Source: the human T2T-CHM13v2.0 reference genome, Homo sapiens. Taken from it: a stretch of DNA of 64,000 nucleotides. The notes below the pieces were generated by a model. That model saw only the letters and a list, made by a program, of their open reading frames with translations. It was not told the origin of the DNA and ran no database searches. A program made the position numbers and the translations under genes. Every line of letters begins with the position of its first letter. The stretch's first letter is position 1. This document shows positions 28,317-42,600 of this stretch, piece after piece. Location: NCBI RefSeq assembly GCF_009914755.1, contig NC_060948.1; one strand, 5' to 3'.

Positions 28317-29400
28317 TATAAGGGGAAACCAGCCCCCAATGTTTCAATGTAGATTTTTTTCTATTTTCCCCAAGTGTAGTCTGGCCTGAGAAATAAAGGG
28401 AAAGAGTACAGAAGAGAGAAATTTTAAAGATGGGTGTCCGGGGGAGACATCATATGTCAGCAGGTTCTGTGATGTACCCCAAGCCACAAAACCTGCAAGT
28501 TTTATTAGTGATTTTCAAAGGGGAGAGAGAGCATGAAAGGGTTTGGGTCATAGATATCACATACTTCACAAGGAAATAAAATATGGCAAGGCAAATGGGG
28601 GCAGAGTGAGATCACAGGACTGTGGTGAAATCAAAATTGCTAATGGAGTTTCATGTCCCACTAAGCATACATTGTCATTGATAACATCTTATCAGGAGAC
28701 AGTGTTTGAGAGCAGACAACCAGTCTGACTAAAATTTACTAGGCAGTAACTTCCTCATTTTAATAGGCCTGGGAGCACAATGGGAGGCCAGGGCTTATTT
28801 CATCCATTACCTGCAATCCTATAAGACAGAAACTCCCAGACCGGCCATTTTAGAGACATATCCCTGGGAATGCATTCCCTTTCTCAGGGCTGTTGCTTGC
28901 TGAGAAAAATAACTCAGCAATATTTCTCCTATTCACTTTTGTAAGAGGAGAAATATGGCTGTTCCACCCAGCTCCCAGTCCGTCAGACCTAATGGTTTTC
29001 TCCCTTGTTCCCTGAACATCACTGTTATCCTGTTCTTTTTACAAAGTGCCCAGATTTCATATTGTTTAAACACACATGCTCTACAAACAATTTGTGCAGT
29101 TAATGCAATCATCACAGTGTCCTGAGGCAATGTACCTCCTCAGCTTAGAAAGATGACAGGGTTAAAAGATTAAAGTAAAGACAGGCATAGGAAATCACAA
29201 GAGTATTGATTGGGGAAGTGATAAATGTCCATGAAATCTTCACAATTTATGTTCAGAGGTTGCCCTAAAGACAGACATAAGAAATTATAAAAGTATTAAT
29301 TTGGGGAAATAATAAATGTCCATGAAATCTTCACAATTTATGTTCTTCTGCCATGGTTTCAGCCGGTCCCTCCAACTGGGGTCCCTGACTTCCCGCAGCA
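28317..29400 (-). mobile_element. MER11 LTR (3' LTR of HERV-K11/HML-8)
   Basis: Minus strand begins TGCTGCGGGAAGTCAGGGACCCC...CCATGGCAGAAGAACATAAATTGTGAAGATTTCATGG and ends GGGGGCTGGTTTCCCCTTATA; preceded by a polypurine tract at 29401-29417. Confidence 0.9.
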
Positions 29401-29419
29401 TCTCTCCCTTTCTTTTATA

Positions 29420-31500
29420 TAAATGTGCCATGGTGTTAAAGGCTTGTTTGTTCTCTCAATTTTGAGGCAGGAGTCTTTGACTGTTCCAGCACACTAAAGA
29501 CAAGCTTATTAAACAGAAAAACATAATTCCAAAATTTACTACAGTGAAGCCCCCACAGACTTAATTCAAGTTGTGAGGTTTAGCCCGGAAAGATTTTCTG
29601 CCACCTGATCTAATGCCCCAGCTGCAGGCACAATGGACAAATGAGATTGAGAGATTTCAAAAATTTGTTTCTTTAATTTACTTATGTCCAGTGATAAATT
29701 ATCTTCCTGACCTAGAAGGTGTCCTTTGACCACTTCTCATGAATGATCTATCTCATTGTAGGAATACAGAGTAGTACAGAAATCAGAACTGTTCCAATTG
29801 CACTGCAATTGCGTGTGATGTTCGAGACTCACTACCTGATCTCCAAGCAAATAACAGACTGTCTTAAATCATTAATTTGATTAGCCAATTTTTGATCAAT
29901 GCCTTGTTGAGAATTCCACATTTGGGTGGAATTGGCTTGCCAATCATTAAAAAAATCAGCTGTTTGAATAGATTGATGTAACACCATTCCGGCAGTGGTC
30001 ACCAGTGCAGTGACTAATTAGGCCCATGATTACTGTGATTAACGTGAAAACAAATCTCTTAGATCTTTTTAGAATTCGTTGTAACAATTCATTAATTAAA
30101 TGTATTGAGGGGGAAGATTCCCAAGGTCTGGGCAAAATTATTGGAATACAGATTCCTTCTTGAGTTCTAACCACAATACACTTTTCGTGGAGTGAAAATG
30201 GGGGTTAATGCAAGTGTATAATGACAGATGATGCATTGAACAGTTTGATTGTTCGTTCAAATTTTGATATTTCCCACTAACAGCATGTAAGGAGGCTTAA
30301 CATATCTCTGTATGGGAACAGTCGGGTTAGAGGTAAGTAAAACATACTGTCTGGATCTAAGTCAATACTGAGAGAGAGGGATGGTAGTGGGGACAACAGA
30401 CAGAATAGTTTCCCCTTTCCATGCTCACAGTCCAGACATGGCAATCGCCAATTTTCAAAGTTCTGGGTATTCTGAGCTCAGGATGGGGAATATTATATGC
30501 TGCCTCAATGGGGTGGGGTAATGCTTTCATCTTCCCATTTCAAGGGAAAGAATGAGCTCAACCTCCTATGTAAAGTAAAATGATGATTCTCGTTCTCCAG
30601 ATAAGAAATAAAATAAGCAGCCTCCAGGCATTCCCTTCCACCAGAGGAGCAACAGATTTTAAATAACCCTTTGGTGCCCAGTCTATTACTAAACCATATG
30701 AGTCATTTTAAATGTTACTGCATGCGAGTTAACACTGTCTTCCAAAATTAAGGTTTTACATGAGCCATCAAAATTTTTAGGGCATGGTTTTCCTGCAGGT
30801 TTATATTGAAAGTATGGGGTATCTCCCATTACTCCCTCTTTCATTTCCTTTAAAGAAGAAAGGGAGAGGCCAGAGACCAAATGTCCCAGTTCCTCTGTGG
30901 CTGATCTCTCTGGAAGACAAGTAGCCCAGAATTGAGTTTCTAGATGGATACAATCAGGTGCATGTTGGAGGCACAGAGGTGGGTATTTATAACCCATGAT
31001 AACATTAAATACAGTGCCTTCTTCCCCTGGTTGAGTGGAGCAATTGTCATCTGTAGCTGCAGTCATCCACACACTATCATTAGTGTAGATTTCTGCAGGA
31101 GCATCCGTCCAGGTGAGAGGTCAAACAAGTGGAGGAAAAGGCACATAAGCCCAGTAAGAATAATTTTGTGTAGCAGGTAAATCAGTGTGTGAGGAAACTA
31201 GTGAGACAGAAAGTATAAGGGGGAGAATGATTCAGTAAAACCTACTGTAAGCAAGATTTAGTGCTGAAGGAGGAAGAAAAGAACAGAGGGATGTTATTTT
31301 TAGGCCAACAGAAATGGTAAGATTTTTAGGTTTGTAAGGAGAAAAATAAAGGTAATTCGAAGTGTAATTAGTTAGATGGGTCTCCGTTGTCATTGGGGGG
31401 ATTGAATCAGACCCATTGTGATTTAGTGTGCCAGCTTCTAAGGAGTTGACACAGATCTTACCACATCTAAGTGTGGTCTCTGACATTGACGTCTTTTCCC
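29420..31500 (-). pseudogene. env: HERV-K11 (HML-8) env, frameshifted
   Basis: ORF pieces include [21 protein letters not shown] (furin site plus fusion peptide) and GYKYPPLCL, typical of betaretroviral HERV-K env. Confidence 0.85.
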
Positions 31501-31509
31501 TGTGGTTTT

Positions 31510-31987
31510 CGTTTGATGATCTCCTGGTGAAACACAAGCATATCCTCTTTCCCACGTTAAATGGAATCAGAGACAATATTTAAAGGCTTGGGGAAATCCT
31601 ATAAGACAACAATTACAGCAATTAACTCTGCCTCTCGAGTAGTGGTATAAGGGGTAGAAATAAGCTTGTCTGTAGGACCTATATAACCAGCATTTGCATT
31701 GCTGGAGCCATTAGTGAACACTGTGATGGCCCCAGGAATGGGCTGATTTTTGCTTAATCAAGGGACCACTGAAGACGTAAGTTTTATAAAATCAAACAAT
31801 TTGTTCTTTGGATAATGATTGTCAATAATACCAATGAAATCAACCAAGTGAATTTTCCACAGAATGGAATGTTGAAAGGTGGCTTGAACTTTAAACCAGT
31901 TTAAAGGAACTACAATTAAATTTGGATCAAATCTGGAAATTTTAAGTATTTTATACCATGTCTATCCAATTGGATTGGCCAACTGAT
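31510..31987 (-). pseudogene. pol: HERV-K11 pol remnant (RT connection/RNase H fused to integrase C-terminus)
   Basis: Minus strand reads QPIPGAITVFTNGSS...AELIAVI...LNIVSDS, then jumps to TWERGYACVSPGD at ~31560. Confidence 0.8.
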
Positions 31988-34900
31988 TTGTGATGTATCG
32001 ATTAATCTCACAGAGCTAAATCTTTGTTTTGATTCAGTAGGTTGGAAACACTCCTTTTGGAGAATCTGTGAATTTATATTTGGGACCCCATTGAGGCCTT
32101 TGGGGGAAAACCAAATATTCCCAGGTAAAAATCAGAAAAAAAAGTATATGTGAAACTGATTTCTGATGTGTGGATTCATCTTACAGAGATAAAACTTTCC
32201 TTTAATACAGCAAGTTGGAAACAATCTTTTTTGAGCATCTGCAAAGGACATTTTGATGCCCCTTGAGGCACATGGAGAAAAACTGAATATCTCCAGGCAA
32301 AAACTAGAAACAATATATCGGTTAAACTGCTTTGTGATGTGTGGGTTCATCTCACAGTGTTGAATATTTCTTTTGTTTCAGCAGGTTGCAAACACTCTTT
32401 TTGGACAATCTACCAACAAACATTTGGTAGCCCATTGTGGCCCATGGGAAAAAAGAAATATCCCCATGTACAAATAAGAAGCTATCTGTGAAACTGCTTT
32501 GTGCTGGGTGGATTCATCTCACAGAGTTATATTTTTCTTTTGATTCAGCAGGCTTCAATACTCTTTGGAAAATCTGGAAGGGACATTTGAGAGTTCATTG
32601 AGGCCCACTGGGAAAAAAACAAAAATCTCAAGTAAAAACTAGAAAGAAGCTATCTGTGAAACTGCTTTGCAATGTATGGATTCATCTCAGAGAATTAAAC
32701 CTTTCTTTTGATTCAGCAGGTTGGAAAAACTCTTTTTGGAGAATCTGTGAAGGGACTGTTGGGAACCCATTGAGGCCCACAGGGAAAAACCCAGTAAACT
32801 TGTGTAAAAAACAGAAAAAAATCTGTGAAATTGCTTTTTGAAGTGAGGATTAAACTCACAGAGTTAAACATTACTTTTGATTCATCAGGTTGGAAACACT
32901 TTTTTTTGGAGAATCTGCAAAGGGACATTTTGGATCCCATTGAGGCCCATGGGAAAAAAAACGGAATACATTTAGATCAAAACTAGAAACAAGCTATCCG
33001 GAAAAATGCTTTGCAATGTGTGGATTCATCTAAAAGCTTTGAACCTTGTTTTGATGCAGCAGGTTAGAAACACTCTTTTTGGTGAATCTGCAACTGGACA
33101 TTTGGTAGCCCATTGAGGCCCATGAGGAAAAACTGAATAACTGCATGTAAAACCTAGAAAGTAGCTATCTGTGAAACAGCTTTGGGAAGTCCCGATTTAT
33201 CTCACAGAGTTCAATGTTTTTTTTTTTTTTTTGATTTACCAGGTGGGAAAGACTCTTCTTTAAGAATGCCTGAAGAGACATTTATTTGGCAGTTCATCAA
33301 GGCCCAGGGGGGAAAATTCAATATCCCCAGAAAAATACTAGAAAGAAGCTATATGTGAAACTGCTTTGTGAGCTGTGGATTCATCTCATAGTGTTATATT
33401 TCTCTTTTGATACAGCACTTTGGAAACACTTTTTTTGGAGAATCTGTGAAGGGAAATTTGGGAGCCCATTGAGGCCTATGGGGAAAAATTAAATATTTCA
33501 CAGTAAAAACTAGAAAGATGCTCTCTGTGAAACTGCTTTGTGATGTGTAGATTCATCTCACAGTGTTAACCCTTTCTTTTGATTCAGTAGATTGGAAACA
33601 CCCTTTTTGGAGAAACTGCAAAGGGACATTTGGAAGCCCAGTGGGACCCATGCAAAAAAACTGAATATTTCCTGTAAAACCCACAAATAAGCTATCTGTA
33701 AAACTGGTTTGTGATGTATGGATTTATCTCACAGAGTTAAATCTTTCTTTTGATTCAGCAGGTTCAAGACACTTTTTTTGGAGAATCTCCAAAGGGACAT
33801 TCAAGAACCCATTGAGGCCCATGGAAAATTTCAAATATTCTTAGATTAAAACTAGAAACAGGCTATGTGTAAAACTTCTTTGCAATTTGTGGATTCATCT
33901 CAAAGGTTTGAACGTTTTTTTCCTATTCAGCAGGTTAGAAACACTCTTTTTGATGAATATGCAAAGGGACATTTGGGAGCCAAGTGAGGCCCATGAGGAA
34001 AAACAGAATATCCACAGACAAAAACTAGGAAGAAGGTTACTGTAAAACTGCTTTGTGATTGCGGATTCATCTCAAATGAATAAACCTTTCCTTTTATTCA
34101 GCATGTAGAATCTGAGAAGGGACATTTTGGAACCTATTGATGCTCTATCAAAGAAACTGAATATTTCCAGACAAAAACTAGAAAGATGCTATCTGTGAAA
34201 TGCCTTTGAGATGTATGGATTCATCTCACAGAGTTAAACCTTTCTTTTGATTCAGCAGGTTGGTAACACTCCTCTTGGAAAATTTACAAAGATAAATTTT
34301 GGAAACCATTGAGGCCCATGGGGAAAAAACTAAATATCTCAGGGTAAAAACTAGAATATATCCGTGAAACTGCTTTGTGATGCATGGATTCACCTCACAA
34401 AGTGAAATCTTTCTTTTGATTCAGTATCTTGGAAATACTCTTTTTGGAGAATCTGCCAGGGCATATTTGTGAGCCCATTGAGGCATATCAGAAAAAAACG
34501 AATATCCCCAAGTAAAATTAGAAAGAAGCTCTCTGTGAAACTGCTTTGTGATGTGTGGATTCATCTGACAAACTTAAACCTTCCTTTTGTTACAACAGGT
34601 TGAAACACTCTTTTTGGAGAATAGGTGAAGGGACATTTTGGACCTCATTGTGGGCTATGGGGAAAAAACAGAATGTCCCCAGGAAAAAACTATATAGAAA
34701 CTATGTGTGAAACTGCTCAGTGTCATATGCATTCATCTCACAGAGTTAAACGTTTCTTTTAATTCAGCAGTTGAAAAAACTCTTTAGGAAGAATCTTCAA
34801 GGTGATATTTGGGAGCCCATTGAGGCCCATGGGGAAAAACAGAATATCTCTTGATAAAAACTAGAAAAATGCTGTCCATAAAACTGCTTTGTGATGTGTG

Positions 34901-37900
34901 GGTTCATCTCACGGAGTTTAACCCTTTTTTTATTTCTGCTGGATGGAAACACTGTTTTTGTAGAATCTGCTAAGGCATAATTGGGAGTCCATTGATGCTC
35001 ATGAAAAAAATTATCCCCAAATAAAACTAGAAAAAAGCTACCTGTGATACTGCTTTGTGATGTGTGGATTCATCTCACAGAGTTAAATATTTCTTTATAT
35101 TCAGTAGGTTGAAAACACTCTTTAGAAGAATCAGTGAAAGGACATTTGGGAGCCCACTGTGGCCCATGGGAAAATATGGAATATCCCCAGATAAAAAATA
35201 GAAAGAAGCTAGCTGTCTGTGAAACACTTTGTGTTGTCTGGATTCATCTCATAGAGGTAAACTTTTCTTTTTATTCAGCCAGTTGGAACAACTCTTTTTG
35301 GAGAATCTGCCAGGGGACTTTTGACAGCCAGTTGTGGCCCATGCAAAAAAACTGAATATCCCCAGAAAAAAAAAAAAAAACTAGAAAGAAGCTATCTGTG
35401 AAACTGCTTTGTGATGCCTGTATTCATCTCACAGAGTTAAACATTGCTTTTGATTCAGCAGGTTGGAAACTCCCTTTTTGGAGAATCTGCCAAAAAATAT
35501 TTGGGATCTCGGTGAAGCCCATGGGAGTGGAATGTTCCTTGGTGAAAACTAGAAAGAAAATGTCCATGAAACAGCTATGTGATTTATGGATTCATCTCAC
35601 AGAGTTAACCCTTTCTTTAGTTTCAGCAGTTTGGAAACACTTCTTTTGGAGGATTTGTGAAGTGACATTCAGGAGCCCATTGAGGACAATGAGAAAAAAA
35701 AAAAGAAAAGGAATATCCCCTAGTAACATCTAGAAAGATGCTATCTGTATAACAGCCTTGTATTTTGTGGATTCATCTCACAGAGGCAAACGTTTCCTTT
35801 GATTCAGCAGGTTAAAGACACTCTCCTTGGAGAATCTCTGAAGGGACATTTGGGAGCCCATTGAGGTCTGTAAGAAAAAAAAAAAAATCTCCAGGTAAAA
35901 ACTAGAAGGAAGCTATCTGTGAAATTGCTTTGTGATGTGTGGATTCATCTAAGAGAGGTAAACGTTTCCTTTGATTCAGCAGGTTGGAAACTGTCTTTCT
36001 GGAAGATCTGCAAAGGAAATTTGTGATCTCAGTGAGTCCCAAGGGGAAAAAATACATATCCCCAGATAAAAACTAGAAAGAAGCTATCTGTGAAACTGCC
36101 TTGTGACTTGTGGATTCATCTCACAGAGTTAAACCTTTCTTTTGATTCAACAGCTTGGAAACATTCTTATTGGAGAATCTACAAAGGGACATTTGGGAGT
36201 TCATTGAGGTCTATGGGGAAAAAACAAATAATCCCAGGTAAAAACTAGAAAGAAGCTATCTGTGAAACTGCTTTGTGATGTGTGGATTCATCTCACAGAG
36301 TTTAAATATTCTTTTGATTCAGCAGGTTGAAAACTCTCTTTCTGGAGTATGTGTGAAGGGTCATTTGGGATCTCTTTGAGGCATAGGCAGAAAAAAACAA
36401 ATATCCTTAGATAAAAACTGGAAAGGAGCTATCTGTGAGACTGCTTTGTGATGTTTGGATTCAACTCACAGTGGTAAACCTTTCTTATGATGCAGCAGGT
36501 TGGAAACACTCTTTTTAGAGAATCTGCTAAGGGACATTTGGGAGCCTATTGAGGCCTAGGGAAAAAATCAAATACCCAGAATAAATACTGGGAAGAAGCT
36601 GCATGTGAAACTGCTTTCTGATGTGTGGATTCTTCTCACAGGGTTAAACTTTCTTAGATTCAGCAGGTTCAAAACATTCTTTTTGGACAATCTGCAAAGG
36701 GACTCTAGGAAGCCTTTTGAGGTCCATGGAGATACACCAAATATCTCCTGATAAAAACTCGAAATAGGCTATCTGTGAAACTGCTTTGTGATATGTGGGT
36801 TCAACTTACAGAGTTAAACGATTCTTTTGATTCAACAGGATGGAAACACTCTTCCTGGAGACCTACAAAGGGATATTTGGGAGTCCATTGATGCCAAAGG
36901 GATAAAAACAAAATATCCACAGGCAAAAACTAGAAAGAAGCTATTTGTGCAACTGCTTGGTGATGTGTGGTTTCATCTCACAGAGTTAAACGTTTTGTTT
37001 TGATTCAGCAGGTTGGAAACACATTTTGGGAGAATCTACAAAGGGACATTTGGGAGACCACTGTGGCCTAGGGGAATAACAGAATATCCCCAGGTAAAAA
37101 CTAGAAAGAAGCTATCTGGGGAACTGTTTTGTGTTGTGTGCATTCATCTCACAAAGGTAAACTTTTCTTTTGATTCAGCGGGTTGCAATCACTCTTTCTG
37201 GTGAATCTGCAAAGGGACATTTGTGATCCCCTTCATGCATATGAAGAGAAAGGAATATTTCCAGACAAAAATTAGGAAGAAGATATCTGTGAAAATGCTC
37301 TGTGTTGCAAGGATTCATCTCACAGGGTTAAACCTTTCTTTTGATTCAGCAGGTTGAAAACACTCTTTTTGGAGAATCTGCAGGAGACATTTGGGAGCCC
37401 ATGGAGGCTCCTGTGGAAAACCTGAATATTTCCAGGTAAAAACTAGAGAGAGGCTTTCTGTGTAACTGCTTTGTGATATGTGGATTCATATCACAGATTC
37501 AAACGTTTCTTTTGATTCCACCGGTTGGAAAAACTGTTTTTGTAGAATGTCTGAACCAACATTTGGGAGCCCATTTTAGCCCAAGGGAACAAATCAAATA
37601 TTCCCAGATAAAAAATATAAAGAAGCTATCCGTGAAACTGCTTTGTGATGTGTGGATTCATCTTACAGTGATAAACCTTCCTTTGATTCAGCACGTTGGA
37701 AACTTTTTTTTAAGAATCTGTGAGAGGATATTTGTAAACCCATTGAGGCCTATGCAGAATAACTGAATATCCCCAGGTAAAAAGTAGAAAGAAGCTATCT
37801 GTGAAACTACTTTGTGATGTCTCAATTAATCTCACTGAGATAAACCTTTCTTTTGATTTTAAAGGTTGGAAACACTCATTTTGGAAAATTTGCCAAGAGA

Positions 37901-39643
37901 CATTTGAGATCCTATTGAGACCAATGTGGAAAAACAGAATACCTCCAGGGAAAAACTAGAAAGAAGCTATCTGTGAAACTGCTTTGTGATGTGTGGATTG
38001 ATCTCACAGTGATGAAACTTTCTTTTGACTCAGCAGTTTGGAAACATTCTTTTTGGAGAATCTGCATAGGGACATTTGGGAGCCAATTGTGGACTAAGGG
38101 AAAAAACAAATATCCCTAGGGGAAAACTGGAAAGAAGCTATCTGGGAAACTGCTTTTGGATGTGTGCATTCATCTCCCATAGTTAAACCTTTTTTTTTTT
38201 TTTTCATTTCACAGGTTGCAATCAGTCTTTTTGTAAAATCTGTGAAGGGACATTTTGGATCCCATTCAGGCCTATGAAGAAAATGGAATACATCCAGATG
38301 AAAACTAGAAAGAATCTATCTGTGAAACTACTCTGTGATGCATGAGTTAGTATTGCAGAGACAAACTTTTCTTTTGAATCAGCAGGTTGGAAATACCCTT
38401 TTTCTAGAAGCTGCAAAGGGACATTTGGGAGACCACTGCAGCCATGTTAAATAAATGAATATGGCCAAGTAAAAACTAAAAAGAAGCAATGTGTGAAACT
38501 GCTTTTTGATATGTGCATTCATCTCAAAGAGTTAAACCTTTCTTTTGATTCAGCAGATTGGAAACACTCTTTTTGGGCAGTCTGTGAAAGGTCATTTGGA
38601 AGGCCCTTGAGGCCTATGAAGAAAAACCTAATATCCTCAGGTAAAAACTAGAAATAAACTATCTGTGAAACTGCTTTGTGATGTGTGGATTCATCTCACA
38701 GAGCTAAACTTTCCTTTTGATTCAGCAGGTTGGAAACACTCCTTTTGGAGAATCTGCAGAGGGACATTTGGGAGCCCAATGAAGCACATAGGAAAAAATA
38801 TCCACAGGTAAAATTAAAGAGAAGCTATCTGTGTAACTGCTTTATGATGTGTGGATTCATCTCACAGAGATAGGCCATTCTTTTCATTCAGCAATTGGAA
38901 AGAGTCTCTTTGTTGAATATGCAAAGGGACATTTGGGATCTCATTGAGGACTATGGTGAAAAAGCAAATATCACCAGATAAAAACTAGAAAGAAGCAATC
39001 TGTGAAACTGCTTTGTGAAATGTGCATTCACCTCACTGAGTTAAACCTTTTGTTTGTTTGTTTTTGATTAAGCAGGTTGGAAATGCTCTTTTGGGGGTTC
39101 TGCAAAGAAACTTTTGGGAGCCCATTGAGGCCAATGTGAAAAGTACAACATCTCAATGTAAAACCTAGAAAGAAGCTATATGTATAACAGCTTTGTAGTT
39201 TTTGGATTCACCTCACAGAGTTAAACGTTTCCCTTTATTCAGCAGGTTGGAAACACTTTTTTGGTAGAATCTCAAAAGGACGTTTTGGAGCCAATTGAGA
39301 CCAATAAAAAAAATTCCCAGTTAAAAACTAGAAAGAAGCTATCTATGAAACTGCTTTGTGATATGTGGATTCATCTCACAGAGTTAAACCTTTATTTTGA
39401 TTCAGTAGGTTGGAAACTCTCTTTGTGAAGAATGTGCTGGGGGACATTTGGGAGCCCTTTGGGGCCTATGGAAAGTAACTGAATATTGCCAGAAAAAGAA
39501 AGAATCTATCTGTGAAATTTCTTTTTGATGTGTGGGTTCATCTCACAGAGTTAAAACTTTCTTTTGATTCAGCAGTTGAAAGCAGTCTTTCTGGAGAATC
39601 AGTGAAGGGACGTTTTGGAGCCCATTGCTTCCCATGTGGAAAT

Positions 39644-39697
39644 AAGGAGTACCCCCAGTAAAATACTAGAAGGAGTACCCCCAGTAAAATACTAGAA
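39644..39697. repeat. 26-bp perfect tandem duplication inside a monomer
   Basis: AAGGAGTACCCCCAGTAAAATACTAG occurs twice. Confidence 0.9.
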
Positions 39698-42600
39698 AGA
39701 AACTATCTGTGAAACTGCTTTTTGATGTGTGGATTATCTCACAGAGTTAAACTTTTCTTTTGATTCAGCAGGTTGAAATCACTGTTTTTGAAGAATATAC
39801 AAAGAGAGAGTTGGGAGCCCATTGAGGCTCAAGAATAAAACTGAATGTATCCAGGTAAAAACTGGAAAGAAGCTATCTGTATAACAGCTTTGTAGTTTGT
39901 TGATTCATCTCGCAGTGTTAAATGTTTCCTTTGATTCAGGAAGTTGGAAACACTCTGGAGGATCTGTGAAGGGATATTTGGGAGCCGTTTCAGACCTATA
40001 AGGAGAAAAAAAAAAAACAGTATTTCCAGGTAAAATTTGAAAGAAACTTCCTGTGAAGATTTTTTTTTTGTGACATTAGGATTCATTGCACAGAATTAAA
40101 CACTTCTGATCCAGCAGGTTGGAAAAACTCTTTTGGGAGAATCTGCAAAAGGACATTTGGGAGACCATTGTGGCCCATGGGGATAAATTGAATGTCACCA
40201 TGTAAAAACTAAAAAGAAGCTATCTGTGTACTGCTTTGTAATATGTGGTTTCATCTCACAGAATTAAATATTTCTTTTGATTGAGCAGGTTGGAAACACT
40301 CTTTTTGGGGAATGTGCAATGGAACACTTGGAAGCTCATCTAGGCCTGTGGGGTCCAAATGAATATGTCCCATTAGAGGACTAGAAAGTAGCTGTCTGTG
40401 AAACTGCTTTGTGATGTGCAGACTCATCTCACAGTGTTAAACCTTACTTTGATACAGCAGGTTGGAAACATTCTTTTTGGAGAATCAGTGAAGGGACATT
40501 TTGGAGTCCTTTGAGGCCTATGGGGAAAAACTGAATATCTTCAGAAAAAAAAAAACTGGAAAGAAGCTATCTGTGAAACTGCTTTGTGATGTGTGGATTC
40601 ATCTAAATAGTTAAATCTTCCTTTTGATTCATAGGATTGGAAACAATCTTTTTGGAGGATCTGTGAAGCAACATTTGGTAGCCCATTGAGGCCTAGGTGA
40701 AAAACTACGTATCCCCAGATAAAAATTGGAAAAGAAATGTAGGTGAAACTGCTTTGTGATGTACAGATTGATCTCACAGAGTTAAACCTTTCTTTTGATT
40801 CAGCAGTTAAAAAACACTGTATTTGGAGAATCTGTGATGGGATATTTGAAAGCCCATTGAAGCCTAGAGTAAAAGCAAAATATCCCCATATCAAAATTGG
40901 AAAGAAGCTATATATGAAACTGTGTTGTGATGTGTGGATTCATCTCACAGAGGTAAACCTTTCTTTAACTCCGCAAGTTGAAAACACTCTTTCGGGAGAC
41001 CTGTGAGGGGACATTTGGGAACGCTTTGAGGCTTAAGATAAATAATCGAATATCCGCAGATATAAGCTAGAAAGAATCTACCTGTGAAATTGCTTTATGT
41101 TGTGTGGATTCATCTCACAGTGTTAAATTTTGCTTTGATTCAGTAGGTGGGAAACATTATTTTTGGAGAATCTGCAAAGGAACATTTTGGAGACTTTTGA
41201 GGCCAATGGGGAAAAACAGAATATCCCCAGGAAAAAACTAGAAAGAAGCTGTCTGTGAAACTGCTTTGTGATGTCTGGATTCATCTCACAGAATTAAATA
41301 TTTCTTTTGATTCAGCAGGTTGGACACCCATTTTTTGGAAAATTCCCAAAGGGACATTTGGAAGACCATTGAGGCCAACAGGGAAAAACTGAATATCTGT
41401 AGGTAAAAACTAGAAAGAAGTTATCTGTGAAACTGCTTTATGATGTGTGGATTCATCTCACAGAGTGAAACATTTCTTTTGATTCAAAAGATTGGAAATG
41501 CTCTTTTTGAGCAATCTGTGAAGGGAAAAACTGCATATCCTTAGGTAAAAACTAGAAAGAAAGTATCTGTGAAACTGCCTTATTTGATGTGGATTCATTT
41601 CACAGAGTTAAACATTTCTTTTGATTCAGGATGTTGGAATCATGCTTTCCGGAGAATCTGTGAAAAGACATTTGGGAGCCCATAGAGGCCTATAAGGAAA
41701 ACCCCAATGCCTCCCCAAACCTAGAAATAATATATCTGTGAAACTGCTTTGTGATGTGTGGAGTCATCTTGCAGAGTTAGACGTTTCTTCTGATTCAGCA
41801 GGTTGGAAGCAGTTTTTTTTGGAGAATGTGTAAAAGAAAATTTGGAAGCACAGTGAGACCCATGGGGAAAAACAAAATATACCCAGGTAACAACTAGAAA
41901 GAAGCTATCAGTATGACTGCTTTGTGATGTGTGCTTCATTTCTCAGTGTTAAACGTTTCTTTCAATTCAGCAATTTGGAAACACTCTTTTTGAGAATCTG
42001 AGAAGAGACTTTGGGAACCCATTGAAGATTATGGGGAAAAACACAATATCCCCAGGTAAAAAATAGAAAAAAGCTATCAAAGAACCTGCTTTGTGATGTG
42101 TGGATTCATCTCACAGAGATAAACATTTCTTTTGAGTCAGCAGGTAAAAGACACTCTTTCTGGAGAATCTACAATGGAACATTCGGGAGCCCATTGAATC
42201 TTATGGGGAAAAACTGAATATCCCTAGGTAAATACTAGGAAGAATATCTGTAAAACTACTTTGTGATGTGTGGATTCATTTAACAGAGGTAAAACGTCCT
42301 TTCTATTCAGCAGGTTGGAAACACTCTTTTTGGGAAATCTGTTTAGGGACATTTGGAACCCCATTGAAGCCTAGAGGAAAAACTGAATATCACAGATAAA
42401 AATTGGAAATAAGATGTATGAGAAACGGCTTCATGAGGTGTGGATCATCTCACAGAGTTAAATCTTTCTTTTGATTCAGCAGGTTGGAAACATGTTTTTT
42501 GGAGAATCTACGAAGGGATATTTGGGAGCTCATTCAGGCCCATGGAGAAAAACAAAATATCCCCAGGCAAAAACTCGAAGGAAGGTATCTATGAAACTGC

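Noticed and set aside
29165-29345. ~80-bp direct repeats in the LTR
   Set aside because: A standard part of the MER11 LTR as recalled, not locus-specific.
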